This document shows positions 47,306 to 61,203 of a DNA stretch of 64,000 bases, piece by piece. The notes beneath the pieces are model-generated. The model saw nothing but the letters and a program-made list of their open reading frames with translations, was not told where the DNA came from and did not search any database. Numbering within the stretch: the first letter of the stretch is position 1; every line of letters begins with the position of its first letter. The position numbers were made by a program, and so were the translations under genes. This stretch comes from Lytechinus pictus (lineage: Eukaryota), in NCBI RefSeq assembly GCF_037042905.1, contig NC_087252.1:4032001-4096000 (forward strand), read 5' to 3'.

Positions 47306-50014
47306 TGCCCCGCCCATTTTTGTACCACCCACCCATCCTTTTTTTAATGTATGTTAATGTATAACAATCAACTTCCACTGCCCTATCAAAGATTATATAA
47401 CATGTGTGTAGATGTCAATTTTTTTTCTTATATCTCTGTCTCCCAGTATAATGGCATTCTGCCAGGCAATTGAAGCAAAGTAAATATCTTGCTTAAACAG
47501 TTCCTTTCCCTTTATGTATCTCTTTTGCTGCATTCAATGTCTCCTTTTTTGTCTACACATCAAACTTCTTCCCACGTGCCTTTGTCTGCGTTTTTGTGTT
47601 TTGTACTGAAAAGTTATGATATTTTTCTGGGTATATATTTTATAAATGAGAATTTAATCTGTACAGTACGCAAAGTCGAGAGCTATTCATTTGTCTATTC
47701 TCATTCAAAGAAGAGAGTCTATTATCGGTATTATGCTATTATACGATGTGCTGTATAAAATGGTAATATGTCGTTTTTGTATATAAAATTATATTGAGAA
47801 TGTTGATGCTCCATTTTGTGTTAGTATTGAAATCAAATCTGAGTTTGACTACAAGTTTGTGATAGATTAATGAAATGTGGTGGCATGCGAATCGGAGATG
47901 TCTGAAAAATGAACAATATTGGAGATGTATGCATCCAATAGAACAAACAATACCAAATCAACAATGTTATACAATGGTTTAATTTTTTTCAGACATATTA
48001 CTTCATGTCATATTATCTCTCAAAAACAATTTTCTTAGTAATTTTGATGTCAATGGCTTCCTGTAGATGCGATCGATGTGAATCTCTTGCAATCAATCAT
48101 TGATGGATCTCTAAAGTTTTTATGTGAGCTCTGCAATCAGAATAGATCAGTTGATATATGTATTTGAGAGGTGTGATGAAGAAGGAAGATAAATGCCTTT
48201 TCAATGAATGAAGAGTGGTCATTGCTATTTTTAATTCAATTGAATTACTGTTTTATTTGCATTTTACATGTTGCTTATTTTTTTTTACAAAGGGTAAACC
48301 TATCGATGCGAAATGTATTCATTTAAACTTTTTATTGTGTTCCCCAAAACTCAGATTATAAGCATAAATGAGAAGGAATCATGGAGAAAAAGATCAGTTT
48401 AGTTTATATACAGGAAATAGTGTGTGCGAGAAATCAGTTATTGAATAGTGAGAAAGAAATACTGAATTACTGTTTGAACTAGGTGAGCAAAAAACTATCA
48501 ATTTGCTATGGTAACCCATGTGAATGATTTTGGTTTGATGATCTGAACACATTGGATTGGAATTGTATTAAAACTCTAATCCTATACTGCACATTCTTAA
48601 CACATCCACACTTGTTATTTTGCTACTTTTGATCACTATTTTCAAATTTGAAAGCAATTTGTTGCTATTATTTCATGGATGGCGACATCTGCTATGAAAA
48701 CACTCCAACACTACTCATTATACACAGGGCAACGTTTTAAAGGGCTTGTTTGCTTGCTTTCTTTTCATGTTTTATTTCTGCTTTTTCTACCTCATGACAA
48801 TTTTTATTCATGCCGAAATCTTAAATGAAGATAAAGTATTTTGTAGAATATTGAAACGACTATTTCTGTTGCTGATGGTAAAAAGCAAATGTGGGATTAC
48901 ATGTACAGTTGGTCACATACAGTACATATAATGATTGTAGGAGTGAGAGTAAGGGAAACGATAATCATACATGTAAATTATACACTCCCAGGATTATTGA
49001 AGTTTGAGTATATGGAGCGCTAGTGGAAGTTAGCAAGATCAAATTCACTGTATTAATCCATAACGGTATAATACAATAGAGGAGACACTTTTGCAGTTCC
49101 TCTGTCTTCAATGCTAGCAATTACATATTGAATATTATTGGAGAGAAATTTGTGCTGAAAAATGAAATTATTGTTACAATTTCCAGTTACAGTATGTGCA
49201 GATTTTCTTGAATAAAAGCTGTGAAACTTGAGCTGATCATTATACTCTCTAAATTGGCAATGCGATGAAAATAACATGCTCACTGTTTACAAATTGGCAA
49301 CTTTTCTATAAATTGTTCTTTTTATTATAAAACTTTTACTCATGTTCTTTATATTTTTTTTCTTCAAAATATTAAAAAGGAAAGGAGTAAATGTTGCTAT
49401 TTTGAGAAGGAAAATAAGAATAAATTTGATTTTGTGAAAGATGTTTACCTCAATGGGGCAATGAATAAATAATGGTAGATTTATAGTTGGTTATCAACAA
49501 CATAAAATGTAACCTTATTCCCCATGAAAATGCCCCATGATCCTCATACAACTAATATTTCCATTCATTTACCCTGTCAAAATTTGTTGGAAATTCATGT
49601 ATTTTACAATTTGAATGTGTAATTTACAATTTTCTTTATGAATTGAGTAGTCATTGTGAAGCATAGGCCATGTCTGGTCATGTTTCTTTCAGCTGTCTTC
49701 ATTGTTATAACACTGCCTTTTTATATTCATATGATTTTGCTCTGAAATATGTGTAGATCTATTATCCGGATCATTAAATGATATTCATGTACGTGTATTC
49801 TATGCATAACAAGTCAAAAAGGAATGTACATTTTCAACGGTCATTTTCTTTTTATTCTGTGTATATTTTATACGATTTTGTACTAATTGGTTCTTTTGAG
49901 AAGAATCTTGAAATACAGTGTGTTTTATTGTTTTTGGTTATAATAATATATGTTCACAAACCACCAAGCTGTTCACTTCATCATTAATTTTGACATACCT
50001 GTACTGCTTTGTTA

Positions 50015-50585
50015 AGTAATTTGTTGTTGAAACTGATACCATTTCCTTTAGTTCCAGTTTTTATCAGATTGGTTTTATAAGATATTGGGGTTTGGGTTAC
50101 AGATTCCTTTGGTGCTTTTTTTTTCCTTATGTCTTCCTTATTGCATAACAAGTGACTTTCCATGGAGGTAATAATAATCAGTATAAAGCAAAATCAAACA
50201 ATTGGATAATTCATTCTTAAAACATTTGATTTAAGTCATTATGAGTCCTTTTACACAAAGCGAAGTGACCCCTGTATTGCATTAATTTAACAAAATTAGT
50301 TTTTTGTTGAAACTGATACCATTTCCCCTAGTGCCAGTTTTTATCAGATTGGTTTTATAAGAACATGTAAGATATTGGGGTTTGGGTTACAGATTCCTTA
50401 GGTGCTTTTCTTTATTTTTAGCGTAAGTAAAAATTCATCCATTCTTATGTCTTCCTTATTGCATAACAAGTGACTTTCCATGGAGGTAATGATAATCAGT
50501 ATAAAGCAAAATCAAACAATTGGATAATTATTCTTAAAACATTTGATTTAAGTCATTATGAGTCCTTTTACACAAAGCAAAGTGA
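50015..50585 (+). repeat. ~280-bp near-identical tandem duplication downstream of the CDON-like stop
   Basis: ttgttgaaactgataccatttcc ... gagtccttttacacaaagc occurs twice (about 50024-50261 and 50304-50578). Confidence 0.92.
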
Positions 50586-51867
50586 TTAATCATAAGGCTG
50601 ATTTTTAATTGATCACATCATTCATAATAATGTACGGTCAATCGTACATTCAACTTTATGATCAATCACAAGCCTTTGTGTCACATGGTTTAAATCAATA
50701 CCCATCTATTTTACAGCAATAAGATATTTTTAGATAAATTCATTCTAGGTCGGAGAAATGATTTGATGTGCTTCCAGTATTTTTGTTTCAAAATCTTCCT
50801 TTCTGTGTGGATTTGGTGTTTCTATTTTCTTAGTTTTCTTTTTAAAAGAATATATTTCCTTTAATACCTGCCAAGTGTTCCTATTTATTAGAAATTTTTT
50901 TATTTTGAGGAAAAGAAAATTGTCATTTTAACATGTGTGTTCCTATTTTTTGGAAAATTTTCTGTAGTATTGAATAGGGGTTTAAGAATGTTCATATTTC
51001 TGGAAATTTCTTTGTAATATGTTCCTATTTTTTGTCAGGGTTGGTACGTATTTCATATATGAGTATTCAGATATGTTCTAGGAAATTGTACTAGCTTTAA
51101 AATGTAACTTTGTCATTAAAATAATTTAGTAAGGATTTTTTACTGGTGGCTAACATACCAAGATATTCACTGACCCTCAATTGCAGATGCATACACTTTA
51201 AGTTGATAAAAGTCTTCCAAGATTCAATGGTTTTACATTTTAGTCGTCTCTCGCTAAAGCTTGAACTCTCATTATAAGTTTGGGAGTAGTGCAAATATGC
51301 TTTCATGAATATCACACAATATCACTTTGTGAAGTCCATTCATACCACAGCATATGTTCTCACTTACTAGTGATAGAAAAAAATGTTTAACTAAACCAAA
51401 TCAGTTTATACTTGTTGATACAATAAACAGGCAAGCAATCATTTCCAAATTTACAGTTAATTGCAGGACTTATGATTGATTTGGAGACCTGGGCCCCGTC
51501 TTACAATGAGTTAAATTGCTCCGATCAATCTCAACTAAATGGAAATCCATCAATGTCAGATTTTTTTCCTTAGGAAATTTGCTTAATGTCCTTTAAAAAC
51601 AAAGACAAGCACACTGAATTGTCAAGAAAACAGTTGAATGTAAGAATATATACATTATTTCTAGAAAATATTTTGAACAAACATGTATTTTAGATGTTGA
51701 CGCTGCTGGCTTTCCATAATAGCGATTGATCGGATCAATCGTAACTATATATATTTTTTTTCAATCATGTTGTCTTAACATGCTTCCTTGTAAGATGTTC
51801 CACGTTAAATGAATTGTAATACAATCATGAAATGAAACCAGAATCATATCATTTTCTACTACTAGTA

Positions 51868-52111
51868 CACTGCAAAAACTTTGGTGTTGATTTAACACCA
51901 GCCTGGAATCACACCAGAGAAGTGTTAAACAACACCAGTTTCGTTTTGGTCTAACACCAGAAAGGTGTTTATACAACACCAATTTAATAGTATTAAAACA
52001 GCAGCAGCAGAATCGGTTTGATTCCAAACTGGTGTTGTTTCAATACTTCTCTGGTGTGGACATATATAGATTCCGGGCTGGTGTTAAATCAACACCAGAG
52101 ATTTTGCAGTT
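51868..52111. mobile_element. CACT-terminal (EnSpm/CACTA-like) MITE with AACACCAG subrepeats
   Basis: TA|CACTGCAAAAACTTTGGTGTTGATTTAACACCAGCC mirrored by GGCTGGTGTTAAATCAACACCAGAGATTTTGCAGT. Confidence 0.8.
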
Positions 52112-53424
52112 TACTCTTGTGATTCATATCATGTTATATTCACTGCCATACCTTAAAATTGAACAAGTAGAATATCTGAATCTCTTAATCAAAATTTGTA
52201 CGAAAGTCTCTAACCTTGCCAGAGCACTATGTATTCAGTGAAAATGGTGAAAATCTGGCCTAGGGGGTGATTCTTGTAGTTATTTATGAAATCATGCATG
52301 ACATCACATGACCTTTGTCAAAACGATGAATTGAGACAGTGTATTTCTTTATCCCAGGGTTTATTTATTTGTTTTTTTATATCAAAGACAAGGCACCTAC
52401 AAGAGCTTGTTCTGAAAATCATGCTTTATTACTTTTGAAGGAGAGTCGTTACTGCATGCTAAACTGGATTTTACTATGTCTTGTCAAAATGAAAACAGCT
52501 TTGGCTCCATGTATTTCGCAAATCCTTTAGGATGTGTCCTTGGTCACAAAAAAATGTGATAGCGTTGGCATCATGTATTTATTTTTAGTTTATTTATTAT
52601 AAAAAAGGATACACAATTCCACCATGTTGCAGAATTGTTCTTCCATTTTGCCCTATTTTGCCAGTTGTATTCTATGTCACTTTTTAAAATAAATGCATAT
52701 GCAATCAGTATTATAGGAGAGTGGGAGTGTTTTATCATGGACCTAGGTCCATGGTTTTATGAACAAACTTAGACCAACCTTGTGTAAATAAAATATTTTA
52801 GGGGGTGGGCCTGCCATTTTTATGCACAAAATGGATCATATGATGTGTAATCCTTTCAATAATTTTTTACGTTTTTGAGAGGATATCATTCAGAATATTC
52901 AAGGGTACTTCTTGAAAAATATTTGATTTCAAAACTTATCAATTTTTTATTGCTAGGTAGTGACTTAATTTAGCATTCCCGTGTGATGAAATTACAAACT
53001 TGGTATTGGGTATTGATACCTATATTGTATTCATTCTTTGTCTGTTTTCTTCGATGAGAAAAAGTGGCGTTTTTGTATTCTTAAATATTCTATGTGAAAT
53101 ATGACCATTTTGTGGAAGATACAGTATTTTATTATCACAATGTTGTGATTGATTTCGTACATAAATAATAAAAAAAATCTATTCTTGTCTGTATGCATCG
53201 AAAGTGTATTATAATGAATCTATATATATTTGTGATATAATGATAATAAAATGTGGCATGTCATGAACATGGCAAAAACTTATGAAAGAGAAATTATGTT
53301 GTATTGGACAGACTTTGTAGCGTTCTTAAAGATACCAGGTAGTTTTCGCATTTACTAAGGGGGAACTCTCTACAACACATAAATTCTTTTGAAAATGCCA
53401 TTAAAATCACAATGGAGAGCTGAG

Positions 53425-53563
53425 AGGCTTTTGTCGAAAGTTGGTAGACTGGGACAGCGGATCATCCGAAGATTTGCACCGGACGAACAATTGCAAATAT
53501 GTCATTGACCAGAGTCGAGAGATTCCGATGCTGTCCTTGTCCACCAACTTTCGACAAAAGCCT
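53425..53563. mobile_element. 139-bp MITE
   Basis: Perfect 20-bp TIR AGGCTTTTGTCGAAAGTTGG, extending imperfectly to ~35 bp. Confidence 0.8.
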
Positions 53564-53896
53564 TTCATCTTGAGATAAGAGAGTATGGACTGAGAATTAG
53601 AAACAGAGAGGGAGAGAGAAATGTGTGTGATGGGGGGGGGGGGTGAGAGAGAGAGAGATGGGGGGTGGGACTAAATAAAGCTGGGGAGAGATAGGAATAC
53701 AGCTATCTCTAGAGAGAATAAGAAATAAAACACAAAAAGAAAGGGTACTGAATGAGAGAAAATGCGATTGCATAGAGAGGGGAAAGGAAGGGGGAGGGAA
53801 TGAGAAATATTGAGGAATGGTTGGACCTACCCCTTATCGACCACCTAAATTTCTAAGAATCATGTCTGCAAAAATATTTATCAGTATAAAGAAATG

Positions 53897-54239
53897 ATTA
53901 TATTCCGCGTTTATATAGCGCTTAGCACATCAGAACGACGTCTCTAAGCGCTTTACAGATATTATATTATTACCCCGGTCATCGGATCTTGCATGCCCGC
54001 ATACAATGTATGCACCTTCTCCAATCCCTGGGGAGCATTCTAACGGGAGTTCCATGACTCAATTGCTAGGCATACTACATAGGGTTTCGCATCCTACCGG
54101 GTACCAATTAACACCTGGGTGGAGAGTCGCAAATTGTGGATTGACGCCTTGCCAAAGGACGCAAGGGCATGGCTGGATTCAAACACACGACCCTCTGATT
54201 ACAAGGCGAGAGTCAGAACCACTACACCACGGCGCTTCC
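53897..54239 (-). mobile_element. Full-length tRNA-derived SINE
   Basis: Minus strand GGAAGCGCCGTGGTGTAGTGGTT (A-box) ... GTTTGAATCC (B-box), body, and tail AAGCGCTATATAAA. Confidence 0.85.
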
Positions 54240-54724
54240 AGTATTGTGTCGGCATGTGTTGGGATTTGTAAAAGGGGGGGGGGGGCGGGTAGATGCGCCT
54301 GACGGATAGGGCCTACTCTAGTTATAGGCAGAAAATAATAATTTCAACAGATAAATTAAATCAGACAAACAAAACTACATATAATATCCAAATCGGACAA
54401 GGAATAACAATTTAACAACATTTTGAAGGTTTACATTAAATTTCGGTGCAACAGTTCTAAGCATATCTTCATAAATATGCAATGAGCAAGCTGATGATAT
54501 CATATCCTCACTTTTTCTCTTTTATTTTATGTATATGAAAGTATGCTTATTCAGATTATGTCCTAAAAGAATGAACAAATGATATATTTATTACTACAAT
54601 GTGTAAGGTGATCTTTGCTCCGAGGCATACTTATACACAAATGTATGAAATTAACGAAAATATGGCATACAATACCAGATAATGGTTGTTCAAGTAATAA
54701 TGTAAAAAAAATGTTTTGTAATGT

Positions 54725-54998
54725 CTTTTTTGCTCCTCCTCCCTCTTATTTTCTTATTGCTCCTTCTTCTTTCTCTGTACTATTATCTCTTGTTTTTTCC
54801 GTCCTCCTCCCTCTTCTTTTCTTATTTCTCCTCTTCCCCCTCCTTCCTTTTCTTCTTCTACTGTTCTTCCCCTTTCTTATATTGTTCTTCCTCCTCCTAT
54901 TCTTCTTCTTCCGCCTCTACCTCTTTGCCTTCCTCCTCTTCTTCTTCCCCTCCCCTTCCTCTTCTCCTTATTATTTTTCTTCTTCTTTCCTTTATTAT
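54725..54998. repeat. Polypyrimidine (CTT/CCT) low-complexity tract
   Basis: Directly visible. Confidence 0.85.
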
Positions 54999-57161
54999 GT
55001 ACCTGGCTTTGAGGGAGTTACTCCTTCCCAGCCTCTTCAGCATTTTCTCTCTTATACGGTGCATTCGCTATAGCTGTGCTTTCACAGTTGTCGCGTGCAG
55101 TATATTAGGTAATTTTCGCAACGGCGATGCATTGGAAAGGCCCATCAGATGACAAAGGACAGCTGGGAGGTCTTTATTGAAAAAATTGTGAACCGCGGAA
55201 CAGCAGTTTCGTCCAAAGTTTCGGAGTTTACAAAAAATAGCAAATTTGTCGTTCGTCCAGAGTCCAAACTGCTGTTTGTATTCACCAATTTTCGACGTAG
55301 GCTTCCTGAAAGCCCTTTGTCATGAAGTGCATTAGATTTCCTATGTTTTTGAAAGCGTTCTCCAGAACTGCAACCAACGCAAATTACTGCTTCAGTCGGA
55401 GGCACATAGTAATAATCAATGATTTATTAGTTATTATCTCATAAACATGAACAAATATGTGAACAAATATCTTAAGGTAAAAAAGACCACCCAAACAACC
55501 GATGATGAAGCATATAACGTTGACATAATTTCGATCAAAATCGGATATAAAATATGAAAGACATTTTTTAAGTTTCACTTTATTTTCACAATTAACAGAC
55601 ATATGTACATAATGACATGCATGCAATTTAGATAACATCATCCACTCACTAATTTTTTTGTCGATTATTTAATGTAAAAGATCTTGGTCCTGTGAAATAA
55701 TTTTTATACTTCATAAAATTTCATCAAAAGAATGAAAATACATAACACAATTTGGTTTAAAGAAATACGATGGTCGTTTATTTCTATTGCAAAAACGAGG
55801 ATAGTTTGAAGCATAATAAAACACATGCTTGGCACATAATGTGGTATGTCTCGACAATAAGAAAATATTTTATCCAGTCTACATTTAAAAATATGGAATA
55901 ATTGAAAATGATGTCATTGTGCACCATGATGTCATTGTGCACCAAAGTGTCATTGTGCACCATGAGCTACTTAAGACCTTAAGCATATGTTACTGATAAG
56001 ACCGTACTTAAAGATGGGACCTTTAAGACCGGATGCCTTAACAAGTTTGTACTTCATGGTCATTTTAAACCAAGATTTACCGAGATGCATCGATTGTTTT
56101 CCCTTTCTCAGTGTTGGCAAGCACATGGTGCATTCATAACGGGATATTCATTTGTTAGATGCAACGCAACAATAGGGGAAATGCAAAGTTATTTGATATG
56201 TGGCGGGGGGGTCAAGACTATCTAGAAGTAGTGCCCTTTAACCTAAATTGAATACAATAGTGGTATATACCACGGAATTCCGTGATATATACTCTGTAAA
56301 ACACCGTTTAAAATGTCCAGCACGTTGTTTAAGCCCGTCACTAGTACAATACTGTTTGATGTTGTTTAAAGTTTTAAACAAGTTGTTTAAACGTTTTAAA
56401 GAGATGTATAAGAAAATTGCAATATTTAAAAGTTTAAACAATTTGTTTTTAGAGTGACGGGCTTAAACAGCACGCTTAACCAAATTACTGTCTAGAATCA
56501 AATGGCCAAAACTTCCTTCTTTTATTTTCTTATTGATTTTTCTCCACCCCCTTCCCTTCTCTTCTAATTATTAGAAAAAATCATAAGGGGTTAATACCCC
56601 TGTGGTGCCGCCGCATTGCCAAACTATTGCCTTTTCCTGGGGAGGAGGGGGGGGGGTGGGTTTAGAAATTTAATCTTTCTAGCTATACAGTGTAATGGTG
56701 AGGCAACAAATCATTTCTGAATTTTTCATTTTAGACTTCCAGAATAGTGGTACAGAATTTACCAAACATATTCCACCCCTCCCCCCCCCCAAAAAAAAAA
56801 AAAACTACAAAAATTAAATAATTAAAAAATAATCAAGGCTTTTGTTTTCTCGAAAAATCTTCTAAGAAAGAATTACATCATGTGGAAAGAAATGATGATA
56901 GGCCTTCAATATTCAAATGAGGGTGAAATATGTCGAGAAAATCATTTTCATCATTCATTGTCTCTATCTTTGAGAATCATTGTCACTTGTCTAGAAGTAT
57001 AGTACTTGACTGATTGAAAGTATTAACCGAAAAATTACAACATATAATAACTTTAAATTGCAAGTCAAACTCTTCAACTAAGAGTCCCCCCAAAAGGGGA
57101 AAGGGTAGATAAATATCACGTGATTCAAATAGCATGATGATAGTGCAGCCCGGGTCGAGTC

Positions 57162-58352
57162 CTACAGATGTAGGGGGGTCTTTTGTCGATTTACAATCAT
57201 TGAATTACCATCCGAGACTAGACTCTGACATAGACTGCTGCTGTTATGTGCTACGAACGCTATTCTATTTTTGCTTCTGGGAATCGTATCTCCTATTCCA
57301 CATAGTATCATGTATTCCTTTAGTAACGTCCTAAAGTGGGTCAGGTCCCGTTCAAAGGAGGGGCCGTATTCTTGGACTTTCCTCCACAGCGTCCTGTTGT
57401 AGTGACCATAGAGAATGACATCGGCCCTATTCCATTTTCTAATGTGGTCTTCATGATACTTATTCAGCACTGATGTTGCATTTCGCTGGTTCAGTGTATG
57501 GTAAAGAATATCTTCGTATTCCCAGCACATCAGTTTCTTCAAGAGGAGCAGCGATTCATCCAGGTATTCAGTAATTAGAACCAGGTCCAGGGTTTGGTCT
57601 AGGATCTCGAGTTCTCGATAGACTTCACTCTCGTTTGTATAAATGGCAGTGTTTGAACTAAGATCATACCACATACCGTTCCTCGAGTAGTACTTACACT
57701 GCCCATCTACGGTGCTGTTCCAGTAAGCCAGAGGAGAGGTGAAGAATGTTTCGATTTTTTCTGTAGCATTTTTATGAAGAATCTGCATCATCTTGGCACA
57801 GTTAAAGAAAATAAATGCCGATTCCCATTGCCTTGTAGGCTCACGTAGCACTGTGATAGCCCTGGACCCTTGTCTCATGTACTTTCTCAGGAACTCGATA
57901 TTTGGTAAAAACCGAACATGTGATGACATGATGTCGAAATCCCGATAAGAATCATATTCTCCCGAGGAGATGCCGAGGGGAGGTAATAGCTCACGAACAT
58001 CGCTTAGGATGGTCTGGCGAAAATGGCCATGGCTTGTATCGTTTTTGTAAAGCAAGAAGGAATCATTCCGCGAGAATCCAAACCTGTTGATCACACTAGA
58101 CATGGTAGTACTCCCAGTCTTATGCGTCTTGACAAAGACAACGGAGAGGGCGGGCTTGCATTGACTCGGAAAGAAGTGGTCTTTGATCCCAGCAAAAATG
58201 TTTGCGGAGAACCTCTGGTTGGGTTGTACTTCACTGAACCGGTTGATGGTGTTAGAAGAGGATGGGAATGTTACGTAGGTGGTTGCAGGGCGGAGATCAA
58301 GGAATAAGATGGCGAATCCTACCGCTGTGCAGAGTAGCAGCAGTATCTGAAG
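57162..58352 (-). CDS. GAL3ST: Galactose-3-O-sulfotransferase (galactosylceramide sulfotransferase-like), main coding exon
   Basis: The frame extends upstream of the track ORF to acceptor tctctcctttccttcttcctcag| at 58352. LQILLLLCTAVGFAILFL is a type II TM; CKPALSVVFVKTHKTGSTT is the 5'-PAPS motif; ITVLREPTRQWESAF is the 3'-PAPS motif; also DLVLITEYLDESLLLLKKLMCW and WNRADVILYGHYNRTLW. Paralog identity not assignable. Confidence 0.93.
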   Translation of the reverse strand, partial: LQILLLLCTAVGFAILFLDLRPATTYVTFPSSSNTINRFSEVQPNQRFSANIFAGIKDHFFPSQCKPALSVVFVKTHKTGSTTMSSVINRFGFSRNDSFLLYKNDTSHGHFRQTILSDVRELLPPLGISSGEYDSYRDFDIMSSHVRFLPNIEFLRKYMRQGSRAITVLREPTRQWESAFIFFNCAKMMQILHKNATEKIETFFTSPLAYWNSTVDGQCKYYSRNGMWYDLSSNTAIYTNESEVYRELEILDQTLDLVLITEYLDESLLLLKKLMCWEYEDILYHTLNQRNATSVLNKYHEDHIRKWNRADVILYGHYNRTLWRKVQEYGPSFERDLTHFRTLLKEYMILCGIGDTIPRSKNRIAFVAHNSSSLCQSLVSDGNSMIVNRQKTPLHL

Positions 58353-59056
58353 CTGAGGAAGAAGGAAAGGAGAGAGTCACGATCATGGGGTACAGGTTCC
58401 ATTAATCTAATTAGTTCAAACTACGAAATAAATCGGGCTTTTATTATCGTCTACCGGGGAAAGTACATCTTGAGGCTTCCAGAATCCCTTATTGCAATAT
58501 AGGTATAAGTTATATGCATTCATATGCCCATAAAACTAATTTCTCTTACATTATTATGGTAAAAAAAGAGGAACACAGGGACCGCTAAACCCATGGGGGC
58601 TGATAGGGTTTCACCACGCCCCATTGTTTCAACAAACATGTACAGAAACATAACAATTACCATCTGATTGTGTTTTTCATAGTCATGCCCCCCTCCCTTC
58701 AGAACTGCATTCCGGCCCCAGAACCACACGGATATATTTGTTTGTTTTATTTTTCACCATGCATAACAAAAACAAATTTTAGAACAGTACCGTGAATTAT
58801 GGAAAGAGATTCGTTTTACGACAAAAAAACCAAGAAATTTATTTTCCAGATCTGTATCCATACCCCAATTGAATTATTATTATTATATATTGCCTAAGTA
58901 ATGAGTAAACTGTGGATTTTGCGCGTCCTAGTAGATTCAAAGTGCGTTTGGTTCCTTTCCTCATCTAAATTAAATTATCTATCAAACCCTTTTCTTCAAT
59001 GAACTTAATCTTGTAACGGCCCTTTCCATATATACATATACACCCACATACATATA

Positions 59057-59062
<6 letters not shown>

Positions 59063-59109
<47 letters not shown>
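59063..59109. repeat. (TA)n microsatellite
   Basis: Directly visible. Confidence 0.95.
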
Positions 59110-59113
<4 letters not shown>

Positions 59114-59821
59114 ATAATATAATATTGTTAAGTTTATAAGACGACTAGATGTACCACATTACAGTTAAATTCAAATATGGATTGTATTTTCTTATGTTTC
59201 GCAACCTGGCTATAATTGGAAAGAAAAGACAACGGATTCCCTTTCCAATATTGTCCATCGTTTATGGTGATTACGTAACCATGTTTGTTAAGAGCCTACA
59301 ATATCGTAATATGAAGCTCGTGTGGCCAGGTCGATACCTCTGGAATAAAATTCGTCATCAGACATGTCAAATAGGCCTATTCGCGATAATGTAAAGGAAT
59401 AAATACGTCTTCCGGAATATTTTACTGCATTCATGATTATGTTTTTTATTAGTAGACCCAATTATCAACTTTACAATGTTTACAATGGCTGCCATAAGAC
59501 GATTCAAACGGTTTATTAGCTTTGAAAAAAAAGAGGCTTTTTTTAACGATTGTCTGAAATCATGCAAACAAGCGGGTACACACAGAAGAAAGATGAAGTA
59601 TATATGAAATTGATACTTGACACTCAGGCTTAATGTATGTATAGTTATGCTTAAAAGTTTTTAAACCCCACCACACAATGCACTCCTTCATACCGATCGT
59701 TGAATGTAGATAACAACAATACAGTGTTCGGCGAGCTCAGAGAAACACACTTTATTTAATGGGATATTGTATCGCCTGACTAACAATTAAATATCTAAAA
59801 CATGGCAGAACGTTTGAACAC

Positions 59822-60508
59822 TTGAAAGGAAACTGGTTGAACTGGTTCTTCCTTCTAGCAGAAAATAATAATAAAAAAATACTGGTGAAGGTTTGAGGAA
59901 AATCTGTTAAAGATTAAGCCGGAAAGTTATTAGAATTATAAGTTTGGATTTGTGACGTCATAATGAGCAGATGCCCCATATGTTTTGAATATAAAATGCA
60001 TGAATTTCATTTTTTTAAATGATACCTGATGACTTATTTTTTTTCTTTTTACGATCGGGTGTGAAATAATTTGTATATTGATATACAAATATACATCAGT
60101 TGAATCCTTCCGGCAGAGACTGATGGTGATGCAGGCAGCCTAAAATGCCAGCCATTGTTTTTACTTGCACCCGTGATTTTATTTTTGTTCAACTGCACCG
60201 TCCAGCACCAGACACACAAATCGCCTGTATTAATCTTCAAGTGTGAAGGGCACAGGTCTACCCTGAAGTAGAAGAAGGTACAAAATGTAGAGTAAATAAC
60301 ATTATTAATTTTCTGAGAAAATGATATTTCATTTATTTCATTTACCATTCGCTATATAGGAATACTGCTCGCATGTGACGTCACAAATCAAATAATTGAA
60401 ATTCTAATAACTTTTTAATTCTTTGATGGATTTTCTCAAACCTTCGGCAATATTTTTTATTATTTTTTCTGCTATTTTGACGATAAACTTTTTGCTGCTT
60501 CCCCTTTA
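59822..60508. mobile_element. Older Kolobok-type non-autonomous element
   Basis: Right end CCCCT|TTAA; long imperfect inverted arms (gaaggtttgag..aaagttattagaatt..atttgtgacgtca versus tgacgtcacaaat..aattctaataacttt..ctcaaaccttc); left terminus decayed. Confidence 0.7.
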
Positions 60509-60626
60509 ATACGTTCATTTTCTGGTGGGTTTCACTAACTTTTGAGCACCACTGTACATATAGTACCGGACATAGTAACCCCTTTGGTGGCTCATACTCG
60601 ACGCTCTATGGATCATTAGACCCCTG

Positions 60627-60783
60627 GGGAGCGTTTCATCAATATTTTCATCCGACAAGTTGTCAGATCTGACATCTTTCCATGATTTTGATTGGCAGAG
60701 AGGCACTGTTCCTATGGTAACTGTCGGATAAAATGGGACTTGTCGGATAAAACGTCTGACAAGTCCTTTCATGAAACGCCCCC
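60627..60783. mobile_element. Short MITE with CTG target duplication; relatives at 94-232, 11338-11477, 13898-14047 and 31823-31941
   Basis: CTG|GGGAGCGTTTCAT ... ATGAAACGCCCCC|CTG. Confidence 0.8.
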
Positions 60784-60804
60784 CTGATTGTCACTAGGCT
60801 CCAT

Positions 60805-61169
60805 GGTCTAATGCCACTTCGTCCAATTGCCAACTCGTCTACTACCATTTGGTTTATCATCAGTTCGTCTACTCACCACATGGTCTACTTTCATTAAGTC
60901 TAATGCCATTCCGTCTTATAACCAGTTGGTCCAATAGCCATTTAGTCCATATACCATTTGGTCTATGTAAACTGAAGTGTTAATTGTGCAAAATGAATGA
61001 ATGGGTAATCTACCAACTGGTTATTGGACGAAATTGTAATAGACAAAATGGTGATTAGACGAAGTGATGATTGGACCGAATGGTGATTAGACGAAATGTT
61101 GATGGACGGAATGGCATTAGACTAAATGAAGGTAGACCATGTAGTGAGTGGACGAATTGGCAATTTACC
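60805..61169. mobile_element. MITE built of ~15-bp subrepeats (ggtctaatgccatt / tagacgaaatggtgat) with 8-bp TSD
   Basis: GG...CC termini; flanks ggctccat / ggctccaa; decayed relatives near 14790-14900 and 37000-37170. Confidence 0.75.
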
Positions 61170-61203
61170 GGCTCCAATGGGCGGTTGTCCATTTTGAAAT
61201 ATA

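Noticed and set aside
54615..55152. Hydrophobic / Ser-rich ORFs resembling membrane proteins
   Set aside because: Products of a CT-rich low-complexity tract.
55145..55405. 86-aa minus-strand ORF with CxxC (possible THAP/transposase relic)
   Set aside because: Remaining zinc-finger residues are not recognisable; would need an HMM search to revive.
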